Origin: Eledone cirrhosa
Lineage: Eukaryota
Length of the DNA: 64,000 bases
Direction of reading: 5' to 3'
Assembly: GCA_964016885.1 (NCBI GenBank)
Contig: OZ024746.1
Span: 84,816,001-84,880,000, forward strand
Under the pieces are notes generated by a model, which was not told where the DNA came from, did not search any database, and was given only the letters and a program-made list of their open reading frames with translations. The position numbers were made by a program, and so were the translations under genes. Shown piece by piece: positions 28,850-41,654 of the stretch (position 1 is its first letter; each line of letters starts with the position of its first letter).

Positions 28850-29036
28850 CGGTGGATTGGCAGTATCGGTAGAGGGTCGGACGCCATGCTTTCCAGCATA
28901 GTTACGTCCCTTTACGATCTGAGTTCAAATCCCGCCGAGGTTGACTTTGCCTTTCATCCTTACGGGTCGATAAAATAAAGTACCAGTAATGCACTGGGTA
29001 ATTGCTGACCTTGTGCCTAAAGTAGAAACAATTATT
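28850..29036 (+). mobile_element. SINE S1, full length, 16-bp TSD, nested in the fold-back element
   Basis: ATTATTTGGAGCGGTG at 28839-28854 and 29031-29046; empty site in the mirror arm at ~29971-30000. Confidence 0.95.
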
Positions 29037-30110
29037 TGGAGCGGTGAAAAACAATTACACGCAAAGACAGAACAACGTTTATGGTATAAAAGAAGTCGTA
29101 GACTAATATTCTCTTAGGTGGTTCATAGAGACGTTCTCTGGCAATGAACGGAAAAAACGAAGATAATACGTCATATGTGGAGCGTGGAGAACAATTGCAC
29201 GCAAAGACAAAACCACGTAAATGGTATACGCGAAAACACTCGCCATAGGTATACAAATACACGCACATATAAATATGTATGTGTGTGTGTGTGTGTGTGT
29301 GCGTGTATACAAATAATTAAATAAACGTATATAAATAAATAAATACGTATATAACAAGCGCACACACATACCTACATGTAAATACACAAATGTTCGGAGA
29401 CTACGTCAACCAAAACACGAAGTACACACCCTACATACGTACATATGTAGGGTGTGTGTATATGTGTACTTCGTGTTTTAGTTGACGTATGTCTCCGAAC
29501 ATTTGTGTATTTACATGTAGGTATGTGTGTGCACTTGTTATATACGTATTTATTTATTTATATACGTTTATTTAATTATTTGTATACAGGCACACACACA
29601 CGCACACACACACACATACATATTTATATGTGCGTGTATTTGTATACCTATGGCGAGTGTTTTCGCGTATGCTTGTGTATGTACGTATTTGGATGCGTGT
29701 ATGTATTTATTTAATTTCAATTACCTCTGTATTTTATTTACTTTATTCTTAACTCTGAAGCGGAGAATCATTCGGTTTCCTAGTTAGAATTTTAGTCTAC
29801 GACTTCAGTTATACCATTTACGTGGTTTTGTCTTTGCGTGCAATTGTTCTCCCCGCTCCACATTTGACGTATTATCTTCGTTTTTTCCGTTCATTGCCAG
29901 AGAACGTCTCTATGAACCACCTAAGAGAATATTAGTCTACGACTTCTTTTATACCATAAAACGTGTAATTGTTTTTCACCGCTCCAAATAATGACGTATT
30001 ATATTCGTTTTTTCCCGTTCTTTTCCAAGGGACGTTTCCACGAACCAAAGTATCGTCTTCCTGTCTTACTCCGGTTCCAACGTTTTTTGAAATATTCACT
30101 TCTGCGTTTA

Positions 30111-30184
30111 CAGATTGACTTTCTCAGTTTCAGAAGATCCCGTTAAGGGTGAAAGCAACGATTCTTTGCTTAAACTTTAATCTG
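30111..30184 (+). ncRNA. Type I hammerhead ribozyme variant (CAGAAGA core), family A right arm
   Basis: Stem I AGTTT(30126)/AAACT(30172) extended by CAGATT/AATCTG; core 30131-30137; stem II CCC/GGG; GAAA at 30151; predicted cut after 30171. Confidence 0.65.
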
Positions 30185-30192
30185 TTATTTTA

Positions 30193-30280
<88 letters not shown>

Positions 30281-30638
30281 TTAAGTAGAGTTTTGTTTAT
30301 TGTATATTGCAAGGAAAGAAAAATTCAATCAACTCAGAGTATGTACGCAAGTTCAAGATCGGATCTTCGTTTAGGAGTGCTCAGATTGTAAGCATCATAC
30401 ATCAAAGTTTATTGATTCAAGTTTTTTAGGATTAATTTTAAACAATGAAGTTGAATTGGACATTAGCTTTATATAACACAGCGTACTGTATTTGATCATA
30501 TTTTTTATATAGCTAACTTGCTTAGTGATTATCTATCTATCTCTCCCAACTTATTTCAGTTTAGATTTAGCGGCAATTTCTATTTCGGTAACTAACCAAG
30601 TAGATACTCCCACACTATGTATACTATTGTGTGATCTT

Positions 30639-30708
<70 letters not shown>

Positions 30709-30711
<3 letters not shown>

Positions 30712-30984
30712 GGTAAAGATTCCCTTCGGTGAAGCATGATTATAGGATTTTTACCTGGAAAACCCGAGCAAGGTGTTTTTGTGGAAGACCAGCCTAGCAG
30801 TTGCCCATACATACCAATCTCACATCTCCAAGCAACCGATACTGTCCAAGGAAAGCAAAAGACATTATAGATTGGTACCAATAACGTCAGAACACATATT
30901 TTCCAACTGAGTGAACTGAAGCAACATGAAATGCAGTGTCTTGCTGAAGAACACAAGCCGCTCCAAGAATCGAATTCACAACCC
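30709..30984 (-). mobile_element. CORE-type SINE S2, diverged
   Basis: Matches 57488-57741 (GTGGAAGACCAGC..GTCCAAGGAAAG..CTGAGTGAACTG..GTCTTGCT). Confidence 0.75.
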
Positions 30985-31067
30985 CAAAATTATCGGAGCG
31001 TAGTGGTACTGCCGTGATCGTGTCTGAATGCCTTGCTGTTATAATGATTGTCAACTTATAGAATCTA

Positions 31068-31099
<32 letters not shown>

Positions 31100-31114
31100 G
31101 CCATATATATATAT

Positions 31115-31170
<56 letters not shown>

Positions 31171-31366
31171 TTCTGTAAGTTGATAATACAACAGTAAGTC
31201 ATTCATTCAGACATTTAAAGCGCAAATGTGGTTTATTCTATATCCAGGTATTTCAGAGATAAATATTAGATCTATAACCACAGAGCATATATTAACAAAG
31301 AAAATAGATCATATTTGAAATTTTCCAAATGTTTTCACAGATATATATATATAGAGAGAGAGAAGT

Positions 31367-31524
31367 TAATATCCGTAGTGGCAGCCCACTCAGTCCGTGG
31401 GACGAGTTTGGTAGAAGTAGTAAGACAACAGTTAGTTCACCATACCGAGAACAATTGTTTCACCTTATGCATAAGGTGAAACAATTGTTCTCGGTTTGTT
31501 GAACTAACTGTTGTGTTACTACTT
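31367..31524 (-). mobile_element. Fold-back element family C, copy 1, apex in HHR stem II loop
   Basis: Palindrome TTTCACCTTATGCATAAGGTGAAA (31458-31481) with ~55-bp arms. Confidence 0.85.
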
Positions 31525-31542
31525 TTATATATATATATATAT

Positions 31543-31665
31543 AATGGTGGAACACTGGAAGGTAATATCCGTAGTGGTAGAGCACTCAGTCCATGGGACA
31601 AGTTAGGTATAAGTGGTTACACAACAGTTAGTTCACCATACCGAGAACAATTATTTCACCTTAGC
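31543..31665 (-). mobile_element. Family C, copy 2, single arm broken at stem II
   Basis: Reverse complement of 39628-39750; stops at ..TTTCACCTTAGC. Confidence 0.85.
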
Positions 31666-31694
31666 TTCTTGCTCACATTTATTTCTCTATTTTC

Positions 31695-31729
<35 letters not shown>

Positions 31730-31749
31730 CAGTCGATCGACTTTCGTCA

Positions 31750-31945
31750 AATCGGACCGAGGAAACAATGTTTCCATTGGTCTTTCCAATTGCTAATACT
31801 ATCTATCGGTCGCAACTCCAGGTAGAAGGAGCAACGTGAAATAAAGTGTCTTGCTCAAGGACATAACGCATCGCCCGGTTCGGGAATCGAACTCACAACC
31901 TCACGATTGTCAATCCAGTTCTCTAACCACTCAGCCACGCGCCTC

Positions 31946-31948
<3 letters not shown>
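31750..31948 (-). mobile_element. CORE-type SINE S2, 5' part
   Basis: A/B boxes and CORE-like segment as at 14117. Confidence 0.8.
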
Positions 31949-31995
<47 letters not shown>

Positions 31996-32748
31996 AATAT
32001 GTATATATGTATATATATATATATATAAATATGTATATATATATATATAAATGAAAATAGAGAAATTAATGTGAGCAAGAAGCCAACAGTATTTCATAAT
32101 ATATAAGTGACTATAACGTCAAGATGGAAAATATTTAACGTAAGATATGGGAAAATAATTCGAACTCAATAAAAAAAAAAAAATGTATATATATATATAT
32201 ATACATATATATAATTATATATATAATTGCTATTATGGTTACAGATTGACCGATCATGTAGAACCATACATTGAATAGAGTTTTGTTGCTGTTGTTGTTG
32301 TTACTGGTGGTGGTTGTATTGGTGGCAATAGTTTCAAATGTGATATTGGGTGTTGAAGTTTATACTGATGATTATGGTAATGGTTGTTGCTAGTACAGCA
32401 AAAGAGGAAGATAGTTTTAAAAGCAGTTGGTTGGTTTGATCAGTTAATTACAAAGTGGATGCTAGCTGTTCTTAGGAACGAAAACCGTAATTAAGGCAAG
32501 TAAGTGTTTAATTGAATAGAGCTGTAAATAGCTGAGATAATGGCTTGTAACATCGAGACGAAGATATAACAGCGTTTGACTGTGCAAGAATGATGTGTTG
32601 TGTTTTAGTGAACAAAAGAGAAAGGAAGAAAAAATATAAATATTTAATGTAAGAGTTAAAAGAGTAAGGGTGAGAAAGAGAGAGAGGAAGAGTAAGAGAG
32701 AGAAGGATAAGACAAAGAAAGAGATAGAGTTAGAGAGGGAAAGTAAAT

Positions 32749-32782
<34 letters not shown>

Positions 32783-32877
32783 AAGAAGAAGAAGAAGAAG
32801 AAGAAGACAATGGAAGAGTAGATTAAAGTGATGTAATTAGAATTATGAGTGGAAATGAGTGTGGGTATATTCAGACA

Positions 32878-32921
<44 letters not shown>

Positions 32922-33030
32922 AGCGTGTGTGTGTGTGTGTGTGTGTGAGCGTGAGTGTGTGTGTGTATATATATATACATATATATATATTTATATATAT
33001 ACATATATATATATAAATACATACATACAT

Positions 33031-33077
<47 letters not shown>

Positions 33078-33204
33078 TATACATATATACATATATATAC
33101 ATATATGCTTATATGCATTTATATATACGCACACACATATAATATATATATACTTATATATATGTATATATTTGTGTGTGTTCGTGAGTGCGTGTGTACA
33201 CATG

Positions 33205-33311
<107 letters not shown>

Positions 33312-33698
33312 TATATATATATCCTTTTCTGATTATGTACATATCTACACCCACAATATATATATGTATATAAATAAATATAAAAATACATGTGTTCTTA
33401 CATACATATATCTGTCTATGTGTGTATTTGTACATACATTCACACAACTATGTACCTTGAGGCAGGATTTATTAGTATTTTATTTGTGTTGTTTATTAAA
33501 GAATGCAGGTTATAGAATGTCACATTGCGCTTTTATAGGGTTTTGGCTATGTTAAATTGCTTCATATATACTGTATATATATATATATATATACTATATA
33601 TATATATATATGTGTATATATATATATATATATATACTATATACTATATATATATATAAATATATATATATATACTACATACTATATAGATATATATG

Positions 33699-33733
<35 letters not shown>

Positions 33734-33784
33734 TTATATATATGTATATATGCATATATATGTATGTATATATGCATATATATA

Positions 33785-33845
<61 letters not shown>

Positions 33846-33933
33846 CTTACATATATATATATGTATATACTTATATATATGTATATATATGTATATATAT
33901 ATATATACTTACATATATATATGTATATATATG

Positions 33934-33970
<37 letters not shown>

Positions 33971-34000
33971 ACTTACATATATATATATGTGTGTGTGTAA

Positions 34001-34045
<45 letters not shown>

Positions 34046-34070
34046 CATATATATATATATATATACATAC

Positions 34071-34118
<48 letters not shown>

Positions 34119-34473
34119 GTATATACATATATATATTATACATATAAGTGTGTGTCTGTGTCCGTGTATTTTATGTCAGTATATGTATATATGTGCGCTG
34201 TATCCTAGTAAACTTGTGGGGCATCACGTATGTAGGTTTAGATACTTACAGCCAATCTGTTGTTGTCTATGTTATTTTACTACTTTTCAGCTAATGTGTT
34301 AATGTATGTTATCTTGTATTTATGTGTTTGCTGTCTTATAGCTAATGTATTGCTGTATGTTGCTTTGTGTAAGTAGTTTTAACCACTTTCAGCTAATTTG
34401 TAATTATTTGGTATATTGGGTATATGTTTATATTTATTTACATTTACACCAAATGCGTCACTGTGTGACAATG

Positions 34474-34553
<80 letters not shown>

Positions 34554-35059
34554 TCACAGCTAATATGTTAATGATTGTTATAATGTATATAATTCTTTTT
34601 TTACAAACTTGCACCTAACGTGCATTACATTGAATTTGTTGTGGTGTTACTAAGAGCTAATGTGTAGACACCTTGTATATTGTGTATATATAGCCGTAAA
34701 CATAGCTTATTTTATTGATTGAGCCGTCACACATACTGCAAATATTTTAGGGCGCTGATTTCGTAGATAGAATGTAGAACACCTGGCTAAAGGCTTTTAT
34801 TTGTCTCATTTCTCTACGTTCTGATTTGAAATGCTTCTGGGATTAACTAGTTTGCCTTACATCGCTTCGGGAGATTGATAAAATAAAAGCAATATAAAAT
34901 CGTTTAATGACCTTGTCAGGGAAGCAAGGAAAGCGTCCATGACACTTTATTGGCCTTTCCTGACTAATGGAAGATAATGTAGTCTTAGATACTCTTCCAA
35001 AAAAACAAAAGATGAGATAGTCATTTATGGAATGCCTTTGATTTTAGGTCTACTTGAAG

Positions 35060-35190
35060 GCGGCGAATTAGCACTATGGTTAGAACGTCGGATAGAATAC
35101 CTTACGGTATTTGTTCCCATTCTATGCACTCCGACATAAAATCCCACCAATGTCAACCTTGCCTTTCATCCTTTCGAGATCGATATATAC
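35060..35190 (+). mobile_element. Old SINE S1-related copy; further degenerate copies near 12800, 14580, 34800, 36720, 38330, 46900, 47620 and 63735
   Basis: GCCTTTCATCCTTTCGAGATCGAT central motif and a degenerate A box. Confidence 0.65.
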
Positions 35191-35907
35191 ATTACTAATC
35201 TACTACAGTGGTTGATTGTTCTGTTCTTCTCCTACCCCCTCTCTATCTATTACTTTCTCAAAGAAATCAACTGTGGTTATGACCGGTGAGGGATGTGTTT
35301 TTCCAGGTTTCCAATGCCAAAGACACGCTGGATGTCATGTCGGTACTCCTATTTTTCCATCAGGAGTTGAGGTATCTAGGTCGTGGGGTCTATTAGATCA
35401 GAGCTGATCTGGAGTTAAACGCCAACTGCACCATTTACAACAGTATACACAAAACAACAATAAAAAACAAAAGCAAACAACAAAAACACTACCACCGCCA
35501 CCACCACAACCATTCAAACGTCTAGATAGATATAAAGAGAGATAGAGGGTGGGAGATAGTTGAAGAATGGGAGATAATAGAGGGAGAGTAGAAGGATAAA
35601 ACATATGAACTGGCAGGCAATTACAACGAAACGTGAAAAAGAATATGTATGTAATAAAAGAGAAGGAGGAAAACTAAATACTTAATGTGTAGATAACTGG
35701 ATTGGTGTGAGATAATGTTAGAGATTGTGTATAATCGGACAGTGGGTGAAAGGATGAGAGCGAGAGTGAGAGAGAGAGAGAGAGAGGGGGGGGATTTGTA
35801 GAATGTGGAAATATGAACTAACAGACAGTTACTGCTAAACGTGAAAAGAGTGACGTATATATGCTATGAGAGAGAACCAAGAAGTAAATATTATGCAATG
35901 GCAGCGT

Positions 35908-35949
<42 letters not shown>

Positions 35950-36044
35950 ATGGGGAGGAGAGAGAGGGGTATTGGGATAGAGACAAAGATAGATCTATGG
36001 TGTGGAGACAGGTACGATGTGTTGTGCGTGTGTGAAAGATAGAG

Positions 36045-36082
<38 letters not shown>

Positions 36083-37267
36083 AGAGAGAGATGGGGGAGA
36101 AGCAGATAGAGAGAGAAAGAGTCAGAGACCAAAGAGAGGTTTGCACTGATTGAAATAAAGGAATAGAGAGAAATATCGATCGACAGATAAATATAGTTAG
36201 TCTGAATAATCAATAATAATAATTTTTAACTTAACCCCAAAGACACATAATTTGGTAAAAGGGTGGCTGAGTGGTGTCTCGTTGATAACGTTGATCCTAG
36301 TTTTTGACAAGTATTCATATTGTCGATCACCGGAAAGATTACAAAACTATTATGGAACATGCGATTTGCCTTTTTACTTCGCTGTCTTTTAATGACAAAC
36401 CACAGTCCAAAACGTTAGAATCTCCTGTTTTTTTTCCCTTTTAGCATAAAATTATTTCCTTTTTATGCTTATTTGTTATTTTTTGTGGTTTTATTTTTCC
36501 TGAAATCCTTTTCGCATTAAAAAAGAACCGACTACTGTGAATGGAATTCGAACTCAGAGCCGTATTCTTCGGAAACTGCAATAAAATAACTAGCTAACTA
36601 ACCTACTAACTAAATAGATAAATAAATAAATAAGGTAAAAGTGCATGACCTAATACGAGAAAACATTCGGCTACCAATCATACGTGAGTGATTAATAAAT
36701 AATGATGTTTAATACAGGCACAATCTCATAAATATTGGCGAGAGGGGATTTATGGTTAATTACATCGACCTCCAGTACTTGATTAGTCCTTATGTTATCA
36801 GTCCTGAGAAGGATGAAAGAAAATCTTGACCTCGGCGGACGGAATTTGAACTCAGAAATTAAAGGGAGGTAACTAAATACCCCAAGGCATTAAGTATATC
36901 GCTATAACCCATTATGACATGGAGTGATCTTGAGTGATTTAAAGCTAATGGCGTATAATATGAGTGCCCGGTTGTGATAGTGAATTGTTGTTGTTATTGA
37001 TGTTTTTGTTGTTGATGTTGTTGTTGTTTAACCGTAGGTCAGTTTTAATTGAATAACATAGCCTTGATTAAAATCGTTCCAGCCACGATCATCTTTTGTA
37101 TATCTGTTATCACAAGTGGGCAATGTGCTCTTCCTTTTTTAAGATAGTAGGACGCGGTTTGAGGGAATTAGGTTGCTATTTCTATGCTGTGTGTTTAACA
37201 AAACTATAAAGAATGCGTGAAAGACAGAGAAGGGAGTAAGTGAGAGAAAGAGAGAGGTATGTAATGT

Positions 37268-37382
<115 letters not shown>

Positions 37383-38732
37383 GGTGTAAGAGATACCTAG
37401 CGTTTGAGAGCAAGAGAGAAAGTTGGTCATGTAGGAGGTTGGTTGTGGGAAGAATCCTATGAGATAGTTTTTCCAATAAATTAAAACGTGTTTGGTCGTT
37501 GGCCTTCAATACGACGAAGAAAAGTGAAACAAAATAAATAAATAAATAAATAAACTAAAAAGAAAACAAACAATAAACAACAAACATGCACACACACACA
37601 TGATACACGTAAACATATACAAACACCACCACAATTACACACACATACACGCACACATTTACATGTAGAGGAAGACAAAGCGTATGTTTTAATGACCTTA
37701 ACAATTCGGAAACACTTTAGTTGTTAATTGTAATGACTGAAATCTGATTGGATTTCTTTGTGATCTTTTTTCATTTATTTGTTTTGTTTCACCTTTTTCT
37801 TTCGTGCGTGTTTTTATTTTCGTTTTTTGTTTTCTTTCATTTAGTTTTTCTACATTTTGATTAGAAACAAAATGGTTTTGTCCAGTTCTACTACAATCCT
37901 TATCTCATTATGTGAGGGTTGAAATAATTTCTCTACCTTCTACTTTCCCTCCCTCTCTTTGCTCCTTCCAGCATCTAACGAAAAGAAAAGGAAAGAAAAA
38001 GCTTGTGACTGACCATCAGTGTGACGATTCTGAGTCTAGCCAATACTAAAGCGATACTGACCGGCAATAGTCAACAATACATAGTGGCTCTTTTTATGAG
38101 AATTACCATGTATTTATTATCTGTCATAGAGCGGTTGGTTAGTTGGTTGGCAGAATCGACAGGGGCATCGGACCAATTACTTGGCTACATTAGCAATGAT
38201 TTCTTATATAGGCAGAAAGAGCCACATATTTTCTCTTTCTTGTAGGAAGTGTTGGGTATATTGTTCTTTTTTTATCAACATTCCATCTTCATCAACGTTG
38301 CACTATCAGAATATTAATCGACTCAGGTACTTGACTAATACTTTATTTTTTCTCACTAGCGAGAGAATGAATGGTAAAATTGATTCCAATTGGATTTAAT
38401 CACAGAAGGAAAAGGTCTGGGATTAAATCGTCAAAGACATTTTGTCTGATGTTCTAGTGTTTTTGTCAATTAACAGTATAAGATCTATTCCAGCAATTAA
38501 CTGATACTTACTTCATCGACTGCCGGTAGAAACTAAGGGAAAGCTGACCTAAAAATGACAACGTAAAAAGGAACATAACTAAAGATAATGCTACAACTAA
38601 ACCTTCTTTATATCCTTTCCCCCTCTCAGCGACATTTTGGTTACATTACTAACGATACTTAATTTTGAGGGAAAAATATGTAGTCCAAGTTACATGTGTG
38701 AGGATTATAGGAACGAAAGCGGTAAAGTGACA

Positions 38733-38781
<49 letters not shown>

Positions 38782-38785
<4 letters not shown>

Positions 38786-39110
38786 TCAAAATATAAAAAA
38801 AATAGATAGTCTTGTGATCAAGTATATTTTATTATACATATTTCAGAGGTACTGAGTTAAGTTCAACAGTACGCCCTCATCAGATAAAATAAGATGATGC
38901 ATGACATACCCTGACATAGTAGATGGTTAAGATTCAGTCATGGTAGTACCTCTGAAATATGTATAATAAAATATACTTGATCACAAGACTATCTATTTTG
39001 TTAATATTTTGAATTAATATTAATAACTCTGGAAAACCTTTTTGTTGAGTGCTTCCAATCTATTGTAAAACTAATTCTTTGATGTATTCATTGAACCTTG
39101 TTTAACTTTT
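38782..39110 (+). mobile_element. TA-flanked asymmetric fold-back element, family H
   Basis: Inverted arms ~38782-38853 / 38945-39015, ~90-bp spacer, ~95-bp tail. Confidence 0.85.
38827..38889 (-). ncRNA. Complete type I hammerhead ribozyme
   Basis: Minus strand TTTTAT-CTGATGA-GGGCGTACTG..CAGTACCTCT-GAAA-TA-TG-TA-TA^-ATAAAA; stems I, II and III can all form. Confidence 0.75.
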
Positions 39111-39139
39111 AAATATATATATTCTCAGAGGTTTCAGCA

Positions 39140-39266
<127 letters not shown>

Positions 39267-39453
39267 ATATATATATATATACAATAAACAAGAAAGACTG
39301 TTTTATTCGTCTCTCTTGTTTATTGTAATAAAACTCTGGATGAATAAAAACAGTTGAGTGCTTCACGTCTGTTAAAGAAAAAGTCGGCAGATTTTTAATC
39401 AACCAACTTTCTTCAATTGAATAAATATATACATACACACAGACACACACATA

Positions 39454-39545
<92 letters not shown>

Positions 39546-39547
<2 letters not shown>

Positions 39548-39746
39548 TGGTTACACAGTAGTTAGTTCACCATACCGAGAACAATTGTTTCACCTTAGCG
39601 GATCCTCAGCTCGTAAGCTGAGGATCCGCTAAGGTGAAACAATTGTTCTCGGTATGGTGAACTAACTGTTGTGTAACCACTTCTACCAAACTCGTCCCAT
39701 GGACTGAGTGCTCTACAACTACGGATATTACCTTCCAGTGTTCCAC

Positions 39747-39750
<4 letters not shown>
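39546..39750 (+). mobile_element. Fold-back element family C, copy 3, with two divergent HHR cores
   Basis: Inverted arms 39546-39611 / 39616-39682, loop CGTA, ~68-bp tail; (TA)n on both sides. Confidence 0.9.
39576..39613 (-). ncRNA. Complete minimal type I hammerhead ribozyme; mirror copy on + at 39616-39649
   Basis: Minus strand CGAG-CTGAGGA-TCC-GCTAA-GGT-GAAAC-AATT-GTT^-CTCG; palindromic loop III typical of dimer-active minimal HHRs. Confidence 0.75.
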
Positions 39751-39792
<42 letters not shown>

Positions 39793-40069
39793 GTGTGTGT
39801 TTTGGCTTGTATCTATGTGTTTGTTTATATATGTATATTTATGCTTACATACGTGCGCGCACACATACATACATACATACATACATACATACATACATAC
39901 ATACATACATACATACATACATACATACATACATACATACATACATACATACATACGTACATATATATATATGGAAAAATCAGATGTTGAAAAACCTTTT
40001 ACAATTTAGCTGTTACCCATACATTCGTAGTTTGTATGCTAGATAGAACATTGGTTAGTGAAACGTAAT

Positions 40070-40204
<135 letters not shown>

Positions 40205-40593
40205 TTTTGTGTGTATAAGTGTATTTCTAGAGTGAAAGAGATGATGTATTCGTTTTTATTTAACTTTATTTATTTATCTACCTGTTTGTTTATTTATTTA
40301 TTGATGTGTGAAGCTGATTTTACTGGAGGAAAAAAATATTTGCAATAGATTTGTTGGTTCGTAAGGGGCTTAGATATTATTCTCATGACATTAAGCGGCC
40401 ATACATCAATGTCAACCGCCATCATGTGATTTCATTGGTTTTGATATATTTTTTTGGCTTTTGTTTGTTGTCATTGTTGTTGTTTTCTTTTTAAAGATTG
40501 CTTGTATGTTTGTTTAAGGTTGGTTCTAAATGTTTTAAGTCAGTTAGTTGCTTCATCATTGCCAAAACATAAATCGATAATGGTGAGCTTTCC

Positions 40594-40630
<37 letters not shown>

Positions 40631-40812
40631 ATGTGTGTTTATGCATGTATTAATGTGTAAATGTTTATGTGTCCTCGTGTGTGTGTGAGGTAGGTGTTTT
40701 CCTTATCTACATAAGTTAAATATCAAAAATAAGTTATCCGTTCAAACATTTTTTTGACACCCCGAACAGTAGTAATTCAATTATGTACGCAAAAATACAT
40801 GTTAGTATGAAT

Positions 40813-40867
<55 letters not shown>

Positions 40868-41001
40868 CATATGTACCTATTCGAAGTGATAGATGGATAA
40901 ATAGATAGACATAAATAATTAGATCGCTAGAAATATATGAATGTTTTTATGATTTTATACATATTTGTATGTGTTTAATGTTTTTGTATATGTATATATA
41001 T

Positions 41002-41056
<55 letters not shown>

Positions 41057-41602
41057 CAGACATACACACTGATGCACACGCACATACACACAAACACACA
41101 TATATATAGTGTACACCAGTCAACTATGGAAACACAGAAAAATTCAGCGATTCTTTATTATATATGGCGTTTGACATCAGTTTGTCAACCTTTGTATCGT
41201 TCAACACACTTTTTTTTATACAATCACGAACCTCCTTCCGCTCATCAATAAATATCTTTCACCAAATATACTTGATGTCAGCCAGCGTGTGTCCAGCTAC
41301 GTTCGGTATTATTCGATAGTGTTCGCCAAACACATCTTGAAGAAATCCAACATATGTTTTACTTGTGAATGCATGCATAACGTTAAATATGACGGCATAT
41401 TCAATATACAGACTTCTAAAGTTTGATTACTCAGATGAAGCTTTCCATAGGTACATCTTAACATACATACATTCAAACATAAATTCATACAAACATACAT
41501 ACATACGTAGACGTAAAACATACACATACATACACGCACACACATACACACACATACACACACACACACATATATATATGAATGTGTATATGTATATATC
41601 TA

Positions 41603-41654
<52 letters not shown>

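Larger units (their letters stand above)
28546..30197. mobile_element. 1.65-kb TA-flanked fold-back element, family A, long copy, with an HHR in each arm and a nested SINE
   Basis: Inverted repeat extending to an apex at ~29440 (CACACCCTACATA..TATGTAGGGTGTG); left arm has an extra ~90-bp tail; right arm ends at AATAAA-(TA)n. Confidence 0.9.
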
